DNA from: Candidatus Villigracilis propinquus
GTDB taxonomy: Bacteria; Chloroflexota; Anaerolineae; Anaerolineales; Villigracilaceae
Direction: 5' to 3'
Length of the DNA: 64,000 bases
Assembly (NCBI GenBank): GCA_016714565.1
Contig: JADKDM010000014.1
Coordinates: 77,385-141,384, forward strand
Shown: positions 1-9,247 of the stretch, one piece after another
Layout: each line of letters begins with the position of its first letter
How positions within the stretch are numbered: position 1 is the stretch's first letter
Notes under the pieces: model-generated
The model's database searches: none
What the model saw: only the letters and a program-made list of their open reading frames with translations
What the model was told of the DNA's origin: nothing
Translations under genes and position numbers: made by a program

Positions 1-555
1 AAACTCCGCGCCGCAGCCATTGCAGTGAAAGACCTGTTCCTGCAATGGCTTGCCATGTCCCTTCATGGTGGCCATTGCGATGACGAAATCTTTTTCATCC
101 GCCTCCCCTCCATTGCCGCCCACCGACTGGTTTCGAGTGCAATAATCGCAGACGAGCTTTTGCTGCCCATCGGGAGAAAAAGACATGCGCCCGCCGCATT
201 TGGGGCACATAAACCTCTGCGCATCCGTCTGGCGCGATCCATCAGGCGCATCGGGTAAAGAGTCAGCGTTGACCACATCCTCTTCCATGAGCTTGCCGTC
301 CAAAATTGCGAGCGCACGCCGTGCGCGCGCATGGTGTATATCATGCGCAAGACAATTCTCAAACGCCTTGCGTTTTTCAACTGGGTCAACGGTTATCTCC
401 CCCATCCAATACCACGCTTCACCAAGCACATCATACGACCCCGTCATATAAATGGCGCGATCCAGATAACGGCGGGCAGTATCAATATTTCCTGCTCTCG
501 CTTCAATAACACCCGTGCGAAGAAGATCTTTGCTGTAATTTTCCGAGTTATTCAT
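1..555 (-). CDS. TPR-like/multi zinc-ribbon protein (runs off the window start)
   Basis: Read by hand from ATG at 555: MNNSENYSKDLLRTGVIEARAGNIDTARRYLDRA (helical, TPR-like), then CPKCGG..CDYC and CNGCGAEF. Open to position 1, so absent from the ORF track. Confidence 0.75.
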   Translation of the reverse strand, partial: MNNSENYSKDLLRTGVIEARAGNIDTARRYLDRAIYMTGSYDVLGEAWYWMGEITVDPVEKRKAFENCLAHDIHHARARRALAILDGKLMEEDVVNADSLPDAPDGSRQTDAQRFMCPKCGGRMSFSPDGQQKLVCDYCTRNQSVGGNGGEADEKDFVIAMATMKGHGKPLQEQVFHCNGCGAEF

Positions 556-567
556 GGGTATCCCTGT

Positions 568-1449
568 TTAATTTCGTACAATCGCATCCGTCATTTTTGC
601 AACACGCGCCATTTCCTTTACATCATGCACACGGATAATATCCGCGCCGCGCGTAATGCCCACCGAAACTGTCGCCGCCGTCCCCTCCACGCGTTGATCA
701 GGCGGCAGGTCCAGCGTGAAGCCGATAAATGATTTTCTGGATGGTCCCAACAGGATGGGAAATCCCAAAGAACGGATTTCGCCGAGGCGGTTGATCAGCT
801 CAAGGTTATGTTCCCGCGTCTTTCCAAAGCCGATGCCTGGATCCAAAACTATGTGCGACTCATTCACCCCGGCATTCTTCGCCAGAGCCACGCTCTCTAG
901 TAATTCCTTCTTCACATCTTCGATCAGGTTTTGATACTCGGAACCGATGTAGGCATTGCCAAGTTTTTCACGCACATCCACGCTGGCAGGATTGCTGCGG
1001 TTGTGCATCAAAATGACAGGCGCTTTATATTTCGCCGCAACCTGCGCCAGTTCCGGGTCGGCCCGCAGACCCCACACATCGTTGATAATGTGCGCGCCTG
1101 CCCGGATCGCTTCTTCTGCGACCTGGGCTTTGTAGGTATCAATTGAAATTAACGCATCTGGAAAAGTTTTATGCAGGGCATGGACAACTGGGATCACGCG
1201 TTCCAGTTCTTCATTTGCAGAAACTGCTGCAGAGCCGGGGCGAGTCGATTCGCCGCCCACATCCAACAGGTCCGCACCTGAGGCGAGGAATTCATCTGCC
1301 TTCGATAATGCAGCTTGTACCGTTTCCCCTTTTGAGATGATCCCATCCCCCGAAAAAGAATCGGGAGTCACATTCAGGATGCCCATCACGTAGGTGCGGG
1401 AACCCCAATCAAATGTGAACTTCCCGATCTGAAGAGAAGATGATTTCAT
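568..1449 (-). CDS. folP: Dihydropteroate synthase
   Basis: MGILNVTPDSFSGDG, DVGGESTRPG, DPGIGFGK, SRKSFIG and RVHDV motifs. Confidence 0.97.
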   Translation of the reverse strand: MKSSSLQIGKFTFDWGSRTYVMGILNVTPDSFSGDGIISKGETVQAALSKADEFLASGADLLDVGGESTRPGSAAVSANEELERVIPVVHALHKTFPDALISIDTYKAQVAEEAIRAGAHIINDVWGLRADPELAQVAAKYKAPVILMHNRSNPASVDVREKLGNAYIGSEYQNLIEDVKKELLESVALAKNAGVNESHIVLDPGIGFGKTREHNLELINRLGEIRSLGFPILLGPSRKSFIGFTLDLPPDQRVEGTAATVSVGITRGADIIRVHDVKEMARVAKMTDAIVRN

Positions 1450-1460
1450 GAAATGCTTAT

Positions 1461-1605
1461 GTCATTGAGAGGGCGTTCACTGCCCGGCACTTGCGCCGCA
1501 CGCCACATCGTCCTCGTAGTGAAACGAGAGGGAGTGCGGTGGGCAATCTCGAACGCTGTTGGAGATTGCTTCGTCGCAAAGAACAAGAACGCTCCTCGCA
1601 ACGAC
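1461..1605. repeat. GTCATTGCGAG..CTCGCAATGAC palindromic repeat with a nested insert
   Basis: Ends GTCATTGAGAG / CTCGCAACGAC with internal GCAATCTC..GAGATTGC. Related copies at 12620, 36063 and 38062. Confidence 0.85.
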
Positions 1606-1610
1606 ATCAT

Positions 1611-2033
1611 CTACGGAATTTGGTCCAACGGACGCGCCAGCCAGGCTTCGGCTTCGTTGATGTCTGTAAATATCTTCAATGCAGAGGCAAGACCTGTTTC
1701 TGCAAGCGCCGCCACATTACGGATCGCGTCTGCAACCGATTGATCCGCCAGCACCACCGCAACGCGGATGTTACGCGCGGAGGGGTCGCTGTTCGCGTCC
1801 ACCGCCCTGCGGATGGCCTTTTCTGGAATATCCTTCACCGCGCGCAGATCGTACAGGTTGCGCGTGCGGCGGTCGGAGCCCATCAAATGCTCAAGCGCAA
1901 ACTCGTGCCAGTGAGACATGGTTGCGTCGGAAAGATCAGTGAATGTTAAAGTCATACCGCCATCACCGCGGCGAACGACGGAATAGCCAACGCCGGGTAT
2001 GGATGTCCAATTGAGAGGTTTTGAGTCGGTCAT
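1611..2033 (-). CDS. STAS/SEC14 (SpoIIAA-like) domain protein
   Basis: ATG at 2033 after AGGAGA; LYDLR, RVAVV and C-terminal KIFTDINEAEAWL pattern. Confidence 0.65.
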   Translation of the reverse strand: MTDSKPLNWTSIPGVGYSVVRRGDGGMTLTFTDLSDATMSHWHEFALEHLMGSDRRTRNLYDLRAVKDIPEKAIRRAVDANSDPSARNIRVAVVLADQSVADAIRNVAALAETGLASALKIFTDINEAEAWLARPLDQIP

Positions 2034-2103
2034 GAGTCTTCTCCTGTTTGATGGTGTGATTATAACGCAGGGTAAAACCGAATTCTCACTTTTTAGAATC
2101 ACA

Positions 2104-2112
2104 TGCTATAAT
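2104..2112 (+). promoter_or_regulatory. Extended -10 promoter of tRNA-Val
   Basis: TGCTATAAT, 11 nt upstream of the tRNA. Confidence 0.7.
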
Positions 2113-2123
2113 GCGGTTCTCCC

Positions 2124-2197
2124 GGGCGCTTAGCTCAGTTGGTTAGAGCACCTCGTTTACACCGAGGGGGTCGGGGGTTCGAGTCCCTCAGCGCCCA
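2124..2197 (+). tRNA. tRNA-Val (TAC), CCA not encoded
   Basis: Acceptor stem GGGCGCT/AGCGCCC, D arm TAGCTCAGTTGGTTAGAGC, anticodon arm CCTCG-TTTACAC-CGAGG, T loop GTTCGAGTC. Confidence 0.97.
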
Positions 2198-2232
2198 CAA
2201 GATAAATATCAAGTAGACAGGTACACACGTAC

Positions 2233-2276
2233 ACACGGAAGTGCAGAGCCTCACAACTTTGCACTTCCGTGTTTTT
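2233..2276 (+). terminator. Intrinsic terminator after the tRNA
   Basis: ACACGGAAGTGCAGAG/CTTTGCACTTCCGTGT stem followed by a T run. Confidence 0.75.
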
Positions 2277-2346
2277 GTCTTAAGATATTCCCCATCGACA
2301 TGTTTACGTATCTACCTGTTTACCTGCCTCTGCTATAATCCCAAAC

Positions 2347-3300
2347 ATGATTCTCATCACCGGCGCCACCGGTTTTATTGGGCGCACTCTCGTCCGACAG
2401 CTTTCCACCAATGGATTCCCGCTGCGTGCGTTGATCCGCCCTTCGCCGCGCACGCCGCGCCTGCCCAAAGGCGTCCCGGTGGAAGTGGCAGTGGTATCCC
2501 TTGCAGATAAACGTGGTCTGCGCGCCGCCCTGCGGGACGTGGACACCATCTTCCACCTTGCCAGTGCGGAGAATCAGGGCAGCCGCGGCAGCCTGCTGAC
2601 CACCGACATTCAAGGGACGGAAAACCTCGTAGAAGCAGCAACAGATGCCGGCGTGGATCGAATCGTCTATCTCAGTCACATTGGCGCAGCCCGCGCCTCA
2701 GGATATCCCGCATTCAAGGCAAAAGGCATCGCCGAGGAATTCATCCGCAACGGCAAGGTTCCATACACCATTCTGCGTTCTTCGCTTGTGTATGGTCCTG
2801 AAGACCACTTCACCAACAACCTTTCGCGGCTCATCCGCTCTTCGATTGGCGTATTTCCCATTCCTGCAGGCGGACGGACCGTGGTGCAGCCTGTGTGGGT
2901 GGAAGACTTGATCACCTGCATGTTATGGTCACTCGAAAGGGATGACACACTCAACCAGGTGTACGAACTTGGCGGCAGTGAATTCTTCACCCTGCAGCAG
3001 ATCATCGAAACCATCATGGAAACGACCCACCACAACCGGTATCTCGTTCCATTGTCACCGATCACCCTGCGCGCCTTCACCGTCTTCCTCGAAGGCGTAC
3101 TACCGAACTTCCCCATCTCCTCTTTCTGGCTCGATTACTTCGCAGTCAATCGCACCTGCGCCATCGACTCCATGCCGCGCTATTTTGGCTTGATGCCCGC
3201 CCGCTTCACCTACCGCCTCGATTACCTCATCCGCAAACCCTGGTATACGCGCGCGTGGAACAGGGTTACAGAAACCATTACATCCATCCGCACAAGATAA
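2347..3300 (+). CDS. NAD(P)-dependent epimerase/dehydratase (NDUFA9-like SDR)
   Basis: ITGATGFIG Rossmann motif, VYLSHIGA, PYTILRSSLVYGPED. Confidence 0.88.
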   Translation: MILITGATGFIGRTLVRQLSTNGFPLRALIRPSPRTPRLPKGVPVEVAVVSLADKRGLRAALRDVDTIFHLASAENQGSRGSLLTTDIQGTENLVEAATDAGVDRIVYLSHIGAARASGYPAFKAKGIAEEFIRNGKVPYTILRSSLVYGPEDHFTNNLSRLIRSSIGVFPIPAGGRTVVQPVWVEDLITCMLWSLERDDTLNQVYELGGSEFFTLQQIIETIMETTHHNRYLVPLSPITLRAFTVFLEGVLPNFPISSFWLDYFAVNRTCAIDSMPRYFGLMPARFTYRLDYLIRKPWYTRAWNRVTETITSIRTR

Positions 3301-3301
3301 C

Positions 3302-4180
3302 ATGACAAACTTAACCATTCACCTCATTGAAACCCCCGAAGAAATGACGTTGATCGAAGACCTTCAGCGCACCATCTGGCCCGACTCCGAAACCGACATC
3401 GTCCCATCGCATATGCTTATCACAGCTGTTCACAATGGCGGGCTTGTGCTCGGCGCCTTCGCCGATGAAAAACTCATCGGCTTTTTATTCGGCTTCCCCG
3501 GCCTCGAAGGCACACCCGACGGCCCGCGCCCGAAACATTGCTCGCACATGATGGGCATTCTTCCCGACCATCGCGACAGCGGTGCAGGCTTTGCGCTCAA
3601 ACGCGCGCAATGGCAAATGGTGCGTCACCAGGGGCTCGACCATGTCACCTGGACCTACGACCCGCTGCTCAGCCGCAACGCCCATCTCAACATCGCCAAG
3701 CTCGGCGCGGTCTGCACCACATATCGCCGCGCCGAATACGGCGAAATGCGCGATGGCGTCAACGCCGGCCTGCCCTCCGACCGTTTTCAGGTGGATTGGT
3801 GGATCAACACCCGCCGCGTGGAGACTCGACTCGGCAAACATCCCCGCCCCACCCTAAAACTGGATCATGTCAACCGCGCCGGTCTACGTCCCTTGTACGC
3901 GCTTCATCCTTCGACCGATAACCTGCCCTGCCCACCCGAGCATGTTCCACCCTTTGAAGATCGTCTGCTGCTCGCAGAGATTCCCGTCAATTTTCAGGCG
4001 CTCAAATCCAAAGACTTTGCCCTCGCACGAGACTGGCGCTTCTTTACCCGTGAACTTTTTGAAACCGCCTTCAAAGCCGACTACATCGTCACCGATTTTA
4101 TTTTCGACACCAACCAGGGCAACCCGCGCGGAATGTACATCCTCACCCACGGCGAAAGCACACTGGAAGATTTTGAGTAA
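3302..4180 (+). CDS. GNAT acyltransferase (COG3375-like)
   Basis: HNGGLVLGAF, SHMMGI, WTYDPL..RNAHLNIAKLG, SDRFQVDW. Confidence 0.8.
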   Translation: MTNLTIHLIETPEEMTLIEDLQRTIWPDSETDIVPSHMLITAVHNGGLVLGAFADEKLIGFLFGFPGLEGTPDGPRPKHCSHMMGILPDHRDSGAGFALKRAQWQMVRHQGLDHVTWTYDPLLSRNAHLNIAKLGAVCTTYRRAEYGEMRDGVNAGLPSDRFQVDWWINTRRVETRLGKHPRPTLKLDHVNRAGLRPLYALHPSTDNLPCPPEHVPPFEDRLLLAEIPVNFQALKSKDFALARDWRFFTRELFETAFKADYIVTDFIFDTNQGNPRGMYILTHGESTLEDFE

Positions 4181-4186
4181 ATAAAT

Positions 4187-4283
4187 AATCCCGTTGGGAT
4201 GTCAGGATTATAGAAAATAAATTATCGAGACCAAACCCCGAAGTGGCATTGATTTCTAATAATATGTCATCCCTTCGGGGTTT
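4187..4283. repeat. REP-like palindromic element between convergent genes
   Basis: AATCCCGTTGGGAT, then the inverted pair AAACCCCGAAG / CTTCGGGGTTT. Confidence 0.6.
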
Positions 4284-4399
4284 ATTTCAAACGCCATTAT
4301 TCTCTATAATCATTTCACTCCTTCGGAGTTACTTAACGCATGAAGCGCCCGAATGGGCGCCTCAGCGGTTGGATGGGAGAAAAAACCTATTAAGGGCAA

Positions 4400-5149
4400 C
4401 TACCTCCGTGTGGATTGATTTTGTTCGTGATTCATCGCATTCATACCAACCGGGTGGTAGGTTGGATCGGGACGATTCACGTTATAACCAGATACAGGAG
4501 CCGGGCGCGGCTTGGGCGCAGGGCGTGGATAATTTACAGAAGTCTGACTTGCTGCGCTGGCTTGAGCCGGTCGGTACGCTTGCGGCTGAGACGAAGCATA
4601 AGTCTGCTGGGTGCGCTGGTCCGAATACCGGTTATGCACATCCGCAAGCGTGAAGAGACGTTCGCCCGCCACCGAGAAGGTGCCAATGATCAGCACACGG
4701 ATCAACCAGACCATGGCCGCCACAAAGATCGGCACAACTTTTACCATTGTAGCCTGCCCCACAAGCGACCCACCAAGGGCATTATGATTGCTGATGGCAA
4801 CGGCCACACCCCACCAAGTGAGCATGGCATTGAAAGCCGCAGCCAGCAGCCACGCCCCAAACAGATACCAGACTTCGGCTGGTTCATCGCGTCCCTGCTC
4901 AGGGGTGAAAATGCGGGCAATGCCGGCAAAGTCAATGCCGCAGAAGGCAAAGGCAAGGATGGCAGACCACTGGATACCCGCGAATTTCAGGTCACCGAGC
5001 ACATCATGCAGGGCAAAGGAAGTGGTACCAAAATTAAAAACCTCAAAAGCCAAAAGGGCGCAGATCAGAATACTGCCAAAAATCGCACCTCGTTTAAGAG
5101 AAACACTTTTGAGAAATGGGATCAATTGAATGTTGAAGGAACGGTTCAT
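4400..5149 (-). CDS. Uncharacterised 4-TM membrane protein with a Pro/Gln-rich tail, LexA-boxed
   Basis: AAGGAGA SD before ATG at 5149; four hydrophobic segments; low-complexity C-terminus. Confidence 0.8.
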   Translation of the reverse strand: MNRSFNIQLIPFLKSVSLKRGAIFGSILICALLAFEVFNFGTTSFALHDVLGDLKFAGIQWSAILAFAFCGIDFAGIARIFTPEQGRDEPAEVWYLFGAWLLAAAFNAMLTWWGVAVAISNHNALGGSLVGQATMVKVVPIFVAAMVWLIRVLIIGTFSVAGERLFTLADVHNRYSDQRTQQTYASSQPQAYRPAQASAASQTSVNYPRPAPKPRPAPVSGYNVNRPDPTYHPVGMNAMNHEQNQSTRR

Positions 5150-5197
5150 GGGAAATCTCCTTTTTTGGAACCAATGGAGGAAAGAACGACAAGGCCA

Positions 5198-5226
5198 AAT
5201 ATAGAACACTTGTTCTAATTTGTCAA
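5198..5226 (-). promoter_or_regulatory. Sigma70 promoter with a LexA (SOS) box in the spacer
   Basis: TTGACA-N17-TATATT on the minus strand; TAGAAC-ACTT-GTTCTA at 5202-5217. Confidence 0.85.
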
Positions 5227-5341
5227 GTTGGGATTCGTTACAGATTCCTTGTTACTCTTTTCCCCTCCCCATTGGTACCAATTCGCGTACGAAATCACAT
5301 ATGCAGGGTTATAAATAATTAATCGAGGAGAATCTAACTTT

Positions 5342-6307
5342 ATGAACCTGCGTGAACTATTAAGAATTACCAGCCGTACCTTTGCACTTGGCATTGAACG
5401 CCTGCCGCGAACCTTGTGTGATGCCACAACCATCGCTTATTTACTCCTGCGGGTTTCGGATTATCTCGAAGACAATGAAGAGATGAACGCGGATGAAAAA
5501 GTTAGCCTGTTAAATATGTGGGTAAACATCCTCAGAGAGCAGGAACAGATCGAAAACCTGACCAGCCAATTGAAGAATGCAAACACTGCCAACCCGGATG
5601 CCATCGTGGCGCAGCATTCAACAGAGATCCTGAAGCACCTGCACACCCTGCCCTATCAAGTGCAGGAGATCATCACCCACCATGTCATCAACAGCACACT
5701 GGGAATGGCGCGTTGGACAAGAAAAGGCCCCGACGTGAACGATGAAAATGACCTCGATGATTACATGTTTGAAGTTGCAGGCCGGGTCGGGTATCTGATG
5801 ACACAGCTATTCGCCTGGTATTCCTTCGCCATCCGCATCAAATTAAAAAACATCATGCCCCTCGCGCGTGAATTCGGGCTGGCACTCCAAACTGTGAACG
5901 TCATCCGCGGCATCCGCGATGACTATGACCGCGGCTGGGTTTACATCCCCAAAAAATTCCTAGCAGAGATGGGGCTCACCGCCGACCAGCTTTTTGACCC
6001 ACAATATCGCCAGCAGGCGCTGCAAGTGTTGGACAGGATGACAGAAAAAGCGGAACGCCATCTGCGCCATGCATTGACCTATGTCAAAGCCCTGCCTTGG
6101 TGGCAGCACGGAATTCGGCTTGGCTGCATCTTCCCGCTCATGTTCGCCATCCGCACTCTGGCAGTCAGCCGCAACAATGCGGAAGTATTCGGAAGTGAAA
6201 CCAAGATCACCCGTGAAGAGGTCAAAAAGATCGTGATCGATTCAACCCTGTGGGGATGGTCCAATCTTTGGCTGGATAATTATTATGAAAAACTGGGAAT
6301 AGTTTGA
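5342..6307 (+). CDS. Squalene/phytoene synthase family protein
   Basis: SRTFALGI, LRVSDYLED, YMFEVAGRVG, GLALQTVNVIRG, KITREEV. Confidence 0.88.
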   Translation: MNLRELLRITSRTFALGIERLPRTLCDATTIAYLLLRVSDYLEDNEEMNADEKVSLLNMWVNILREQEQIENLTSQLKNANTANPDAIVAQHSTEILKHLHTLPYQVQEIITHHVINSTLGMARWTRKGPDVNDENDLDDYMFEVAGRVGYLMTQLFAWYSFAIRIKLKNIMPLAREFGLALQTVNVIRGIRDDYDRGWVYIPKKFLAEMGLTADQLFDPQYRQQALQVLDRMTEKAERHLRHALTYVKALPWWQHGIRLGCIFPLMFAIRTLAVSRNNAEVFGSETKITREEVKKIVIDSTLWGWSNLWLDNYYEKLGIV

Positions 6308-6316
6308 AATTGACGA

Positions 6317-6477
6317 TTATGGAGTGGCAGTGGAGACGCTATTTGGATCCGGTGTCACCGGCGCAACAGTGGGAGGGGCAACCACCAGCGTGATCCCAAG
6401 CAATCGCTCATCCGCGCCGCAGGCTGCGAGAAAAATAGAAAGACAAATAAGAATAATTAATGGTTTTTTAAATTCAC
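6317..6477 (-). CDS. Small lipoprotein (probable homopolymer indel near the start)
   Basis: KKPLIILICLSIFLAAC lipobox followed by a P/T-rich tail. The GGAG-preceded GTG at 6477 comes into frame if the A6 run is A7. Confidence 0.5.
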
Positions 6478-6595
6478 TTTTATATCTCCATCCATTTTGT
6501 GGGGCGTTAAGAGACTCTTCGATCGTGGGGGGCACGCTCCCTCACAGCGACAATACCGGACTTTGGAAAAGCCATGTTCATTTCCAGAGACAGCA

Positions 6596-6652
6596 TTGAC
6601 ATAATTCAGCCGCCGAATTATGATTATAGATAATAAAGTCTATTGGAATAAT
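6596..6652 (+). promoter_or_regulatory. Rrf2 gene promoter with putative operator
   Basis: TTGACA(6596)-N17-TATGAT(6619). TAAAGTCTATTGGAATAAT at 6634-6652 matches the inverted site at 7197-7215 at 14/19 positions. Confidence 0.65.
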
Positions 6653-6668
6653 AGGAGTTACAGATAAA

Positions 6669-7127
6669 GTGAGACTTTCCAAGCGCGGCGAGTATGGACT
6701 TCGGGCAATGATGGTATTAGCGGAACCCGCCGAAAAGAGCGACACCCCACAAATGATGCAGATCAAGGAGATCTCTCTTCGCGAGCAGATCTCTTCCAAG
6801 TTCCTTGAGCATATCCTTCTGACGCTCAAGAATGCGGGACTGCTTCACAGCAAGATGGGCGTCGGCGGCGGGTATTACCTGGCCAGGTCTGCCAAAGAGA
6901 TCACCCTCGGACAAATCTTCCGCGTGCTGGACGGTCCTGTAGCTCCCATCAAGTGTGTCAGCCAGATGGCGTATGAACCATGCGGCTGCCCTGATGAAGA
7001 AACCTGCGGCCTGCGCCTTGCAATGAGCGATGTGCGAAATGCCATTGCCGATATTCTGGATAACACATCCCTTGCTGATGTGACCAAACGCCAGAGCGCG
7101 GTTCGTAAAAAGCTCGGCATCAAGTAA
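6669..7127 (+). CDS. Rrf2 family transcriptional regulator (Cys-rich)
   Basis: RLSKRGEYGLRAM, SKMGVGGGYYLAR, C-terminal CVSQMAYEPCGCPDEETC. Confidence 0.93.
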   Translation: MRLSKRGEYGLRAMMVLAEPAEKSDTPQMMQIKEISLREQISSKFLEHILLTLKNAGLLHSKMGVGGGYYLARSAKEITLGQIFRVLDGPVAPIKCVSQMAYEPCGCPDEETCGLRLAMSDVRNAIADILDNTSLADVTKRQSAVRKKLGIK

Positions 7128-7136
7128 GAAGGGTGA

Positions 7137-7167
7137 GACCTGACAGGTTTTAGAAACCTGTCAGGTC
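7137..7167. repeat. REP-like palindrome
   Basis: GACCTGACAGGT-TTTAGAA-ACCTGTCAGGTC. Confidence 0.8.
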
Positions 7168-7181
7168 GATAAAGTTTTTAT

Positions 7182-7215
7182 TTGCGCCAAAAGCACACTA
7201 ATGCTATAGACATTA
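7182..7215 (+). promoter_or_regulatory. pstS-like promoter with putative Rrf2 operator over the -10
   Basis: TTGCGC-N17-(TGC)TATAGA; ACTAATGCTATAGACATTA at 7197-7215. Confidence 0.55.
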
Positions 7216-7244
7216 TAATACATACAAACATATAGGAGAAAATT

Positions 7245-8255
7245 ATGAGAAAACAAAGTTTAACATGGCTCTCTGTAGTTCTGGTTTTGGCTGTCACTCT
7301 TTCAGCGTGTGGAACTGCCACGCTTGAGGCAACAGCCGTCCCCCAGTCTGATGCGGGTACTTCATCCGAGACAACCCAGGATGAGCAACTCAGTGGAACG
7401 ATTTCCGTCTCGGGTGCATTTGCCCTGTATCCCATGATGACGGTGTGGGCCGAGGAATTTACCAAGCTGCATCCTGATGTGCAATTCGATGTGCAGGGTG
7501 GCGGCGCGGGCAAAGGAATGACCGACACCATCGCGGGCGCGGTGGACATTGGCATGATCTCCCGCAGTATCAAGGATGAAGAGACCGCGCAGGGTATCTT
7601 CTGGGTCTCCGTTACCAAGGATGCGGTCTTCCCGATCATCAACGCCGAGAATCCCGTTGCCGCGCAAATTCTCGAAAAGGGCATCTCACAGGAAATCTTC
7701 GGCAAGATCTATATCACCGGCGAGATCACAACCTGGGGCGAAGTGATCGGTGACCCAACCATCACAGATGAGATCCATGTCTTCACCCGTTCCGATGCGT
7801 CCGGCGCTGCGGATCAGTGGGCACGCTATACTGGCGGAGAAGCTCAGGAAGACCTCAAGGGTGTTGGCGTGAATGGTGAGCCTGCCATCTTGGGCGAGGT
7901 GATCAAGGATCCGTTTGCAATTGGCTACGGTAACTTGAACAGTATCTTTGATTTGTCCAGTGGTACACTTGTTCCTGGCGTTATCATTCCGCCTATTGAT
8001 ATTGACAACAACGGCAAGGCTGATGCAATCGAAATTTACACCGTCAAGGAGGATGCGTTCGGCGCAGTTGCAAACGGCACATATCCTTCCCCTCCAGCCC
8101 GCTTTGAAAACCTCGCTACGTTGGGCAAGCCTGAGGGCCTTACTCTCGCCTTCATCGAATGGATATTAACCGACGGCCAGCAATATCTTGAAGCAGCTGG
8201 TTTCGTGCCCCTCACTCCTGAGCAACAAGCTGAGTCGCTTGAAAAACTCAAATGA
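7245..8255 (+). CDS. pstS: PstS-family ABC substrate-binding lipoprotein (atypical ligand residues)
   Basis: LSAC lipobox; SGAFALYP, GGGAGKG, DIGMISR, RSDASGA. Confidence 0.85.
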   Translation: MRKQSLTWLSVVLVLAVTLSACGTATLEATAVPQSDAGTSSETTQDEQLSGTISVSGAFALYPMMTVWAEEFTKLHPDVQFDVQGGGAGKGMTDTIAGAVDIGMISRSIKDEETAQGIFWVSVTKDAVFPIINAENPVAAQILEKGISQEIFGKIYITGEITTWGEVIGDPTITDEIHVFTRSDASGAADQWARYTGGEAQEDLKGVGVNGEPAILGEVIKDPFAIGYGNLNSIFDLSSGTLVPGVIIPPIDIDNNGKADAIEIYTVKEDAFGAVANGTYPSPPARFENLATLGKPEGLTLAFIEWILTDGQQYLEAAGFVPLTPEQQAESLEKLK

Positions 8256-9247
8256 GCCAGATAAACCCCACATTTTCAAATCAACCAAACAATCAACAAA
8301 CAGAAGGCCGGGCTCCCCGGCCTTCTGTCACGCTTCGTACACGGCAGGACAATGCGGCGCGGCGCGCATTTTTCATTTTCACGTTGCTGCCGGTTCTGCT
8401 GATCCTGTTCGTCACAGGCGCGCTCTTTGTCCGCTCCTGGCCGATCATCAGTGAATATGGCCTGTCTGACCTGCTCTTTGGCGAAGTCTGGAAACCCAAC
8501 AACGGGCAATTCGGTTTTTGGCCTTTCATCCTTGGCACATTTTGGGTCACGACCGTCGGCGTAGTTCTCTCCGTCCCAGCATGTTTGCTGGCATCGATCT
8601 ACCTCGCGGAATATGCCCACGCCCGCACGCGTTCATTCGCCAAACCCATCCTAGATTTGCTGGCCGCCATTCCGCCTGTTGTTTACGGCGTATGGGGATT
8701 GTTGGCCATCGTCCCATTTGTGGATGACGTGCTCGCGCCTCTTTCTGACCAATGGCTTGGTTCCATTTCGATCTTCAGTGTCAACCAACCGACAGGGTTT
8801 AACATCCTCTCCGCAGGCATCGTGCTGGCGGTGATGATCGCCCCCCTGGTCATTTCGGTGATGTATGAAATTCTCTCCACTGTCCCAAATGACCTGCGCC
8901 ATGCGTCTCTTGCAGTCGGCGCAACCCAATGGCAGACGATCCGCAACATTGTTTTGCCGCAAGTTGGTCCGGGCATTCTCGCCGCCGTTGTGCTCGGGGC
9001 ATCACGCGCGCTCGGTGAGACCATCGCAGTGTTGATGGTCGTCGGCAATATCCCGCAAATCCCAACTTCGATCTTTGATTCAGCCTATCCGCTCCCGGCA
9101 TTGATCGCCAACAACTACGGCGAGATGATGTCCATCCCGTTGTACGATGCCGCCCTGCTAAGCGCCGCCCTTGTTTTATTGGTGGTCATCCTGATCTTTA
9201 ACATCCTTTCTCTGATCGTACTTCGACGAATGTTGAGGAAAAAATGA
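8252..9247 (+). CDS. pstC: Pst-type ABC permease PstC
   Basis: LAAIPPVVYGVWG, RALGETIAVLMVVGN. Confidence 0.93.
   Translation: MSQINPTFSNQPNNQQTEGRAPRPSVTLRTRQDNAARRAFFIFTLLPVLLILFVTGALFVRSWPIISEYGLSDLLFGEVWKPNNGQFGFWPFILGTFWVTTVGVVLSVPACLLASIYLAEYAHARTRSFAKPILDLLAAIPPVVYGVWGLLAIVPFVDDVLAPLSDQWLGSISIFSVNQPTGFNILSAGIVLAVMIAPLVISVMYEILSTVPNDLRHASLAVGATQWQTIRNIVLPQVGPGILAAVVLGASRALGETIAVLMVVGNIPQIPTSIFDSAYPLPALIANNYGEMMSIPLYDAALLSAALVLLVVILIFNILSLIVLRRMLRKK

Noticed and set aside
2124-2197. tRNA-Val as an island integration site
   Set aside because: No integrase nearby, and no duplicated tRNA 3' end seen in the window.
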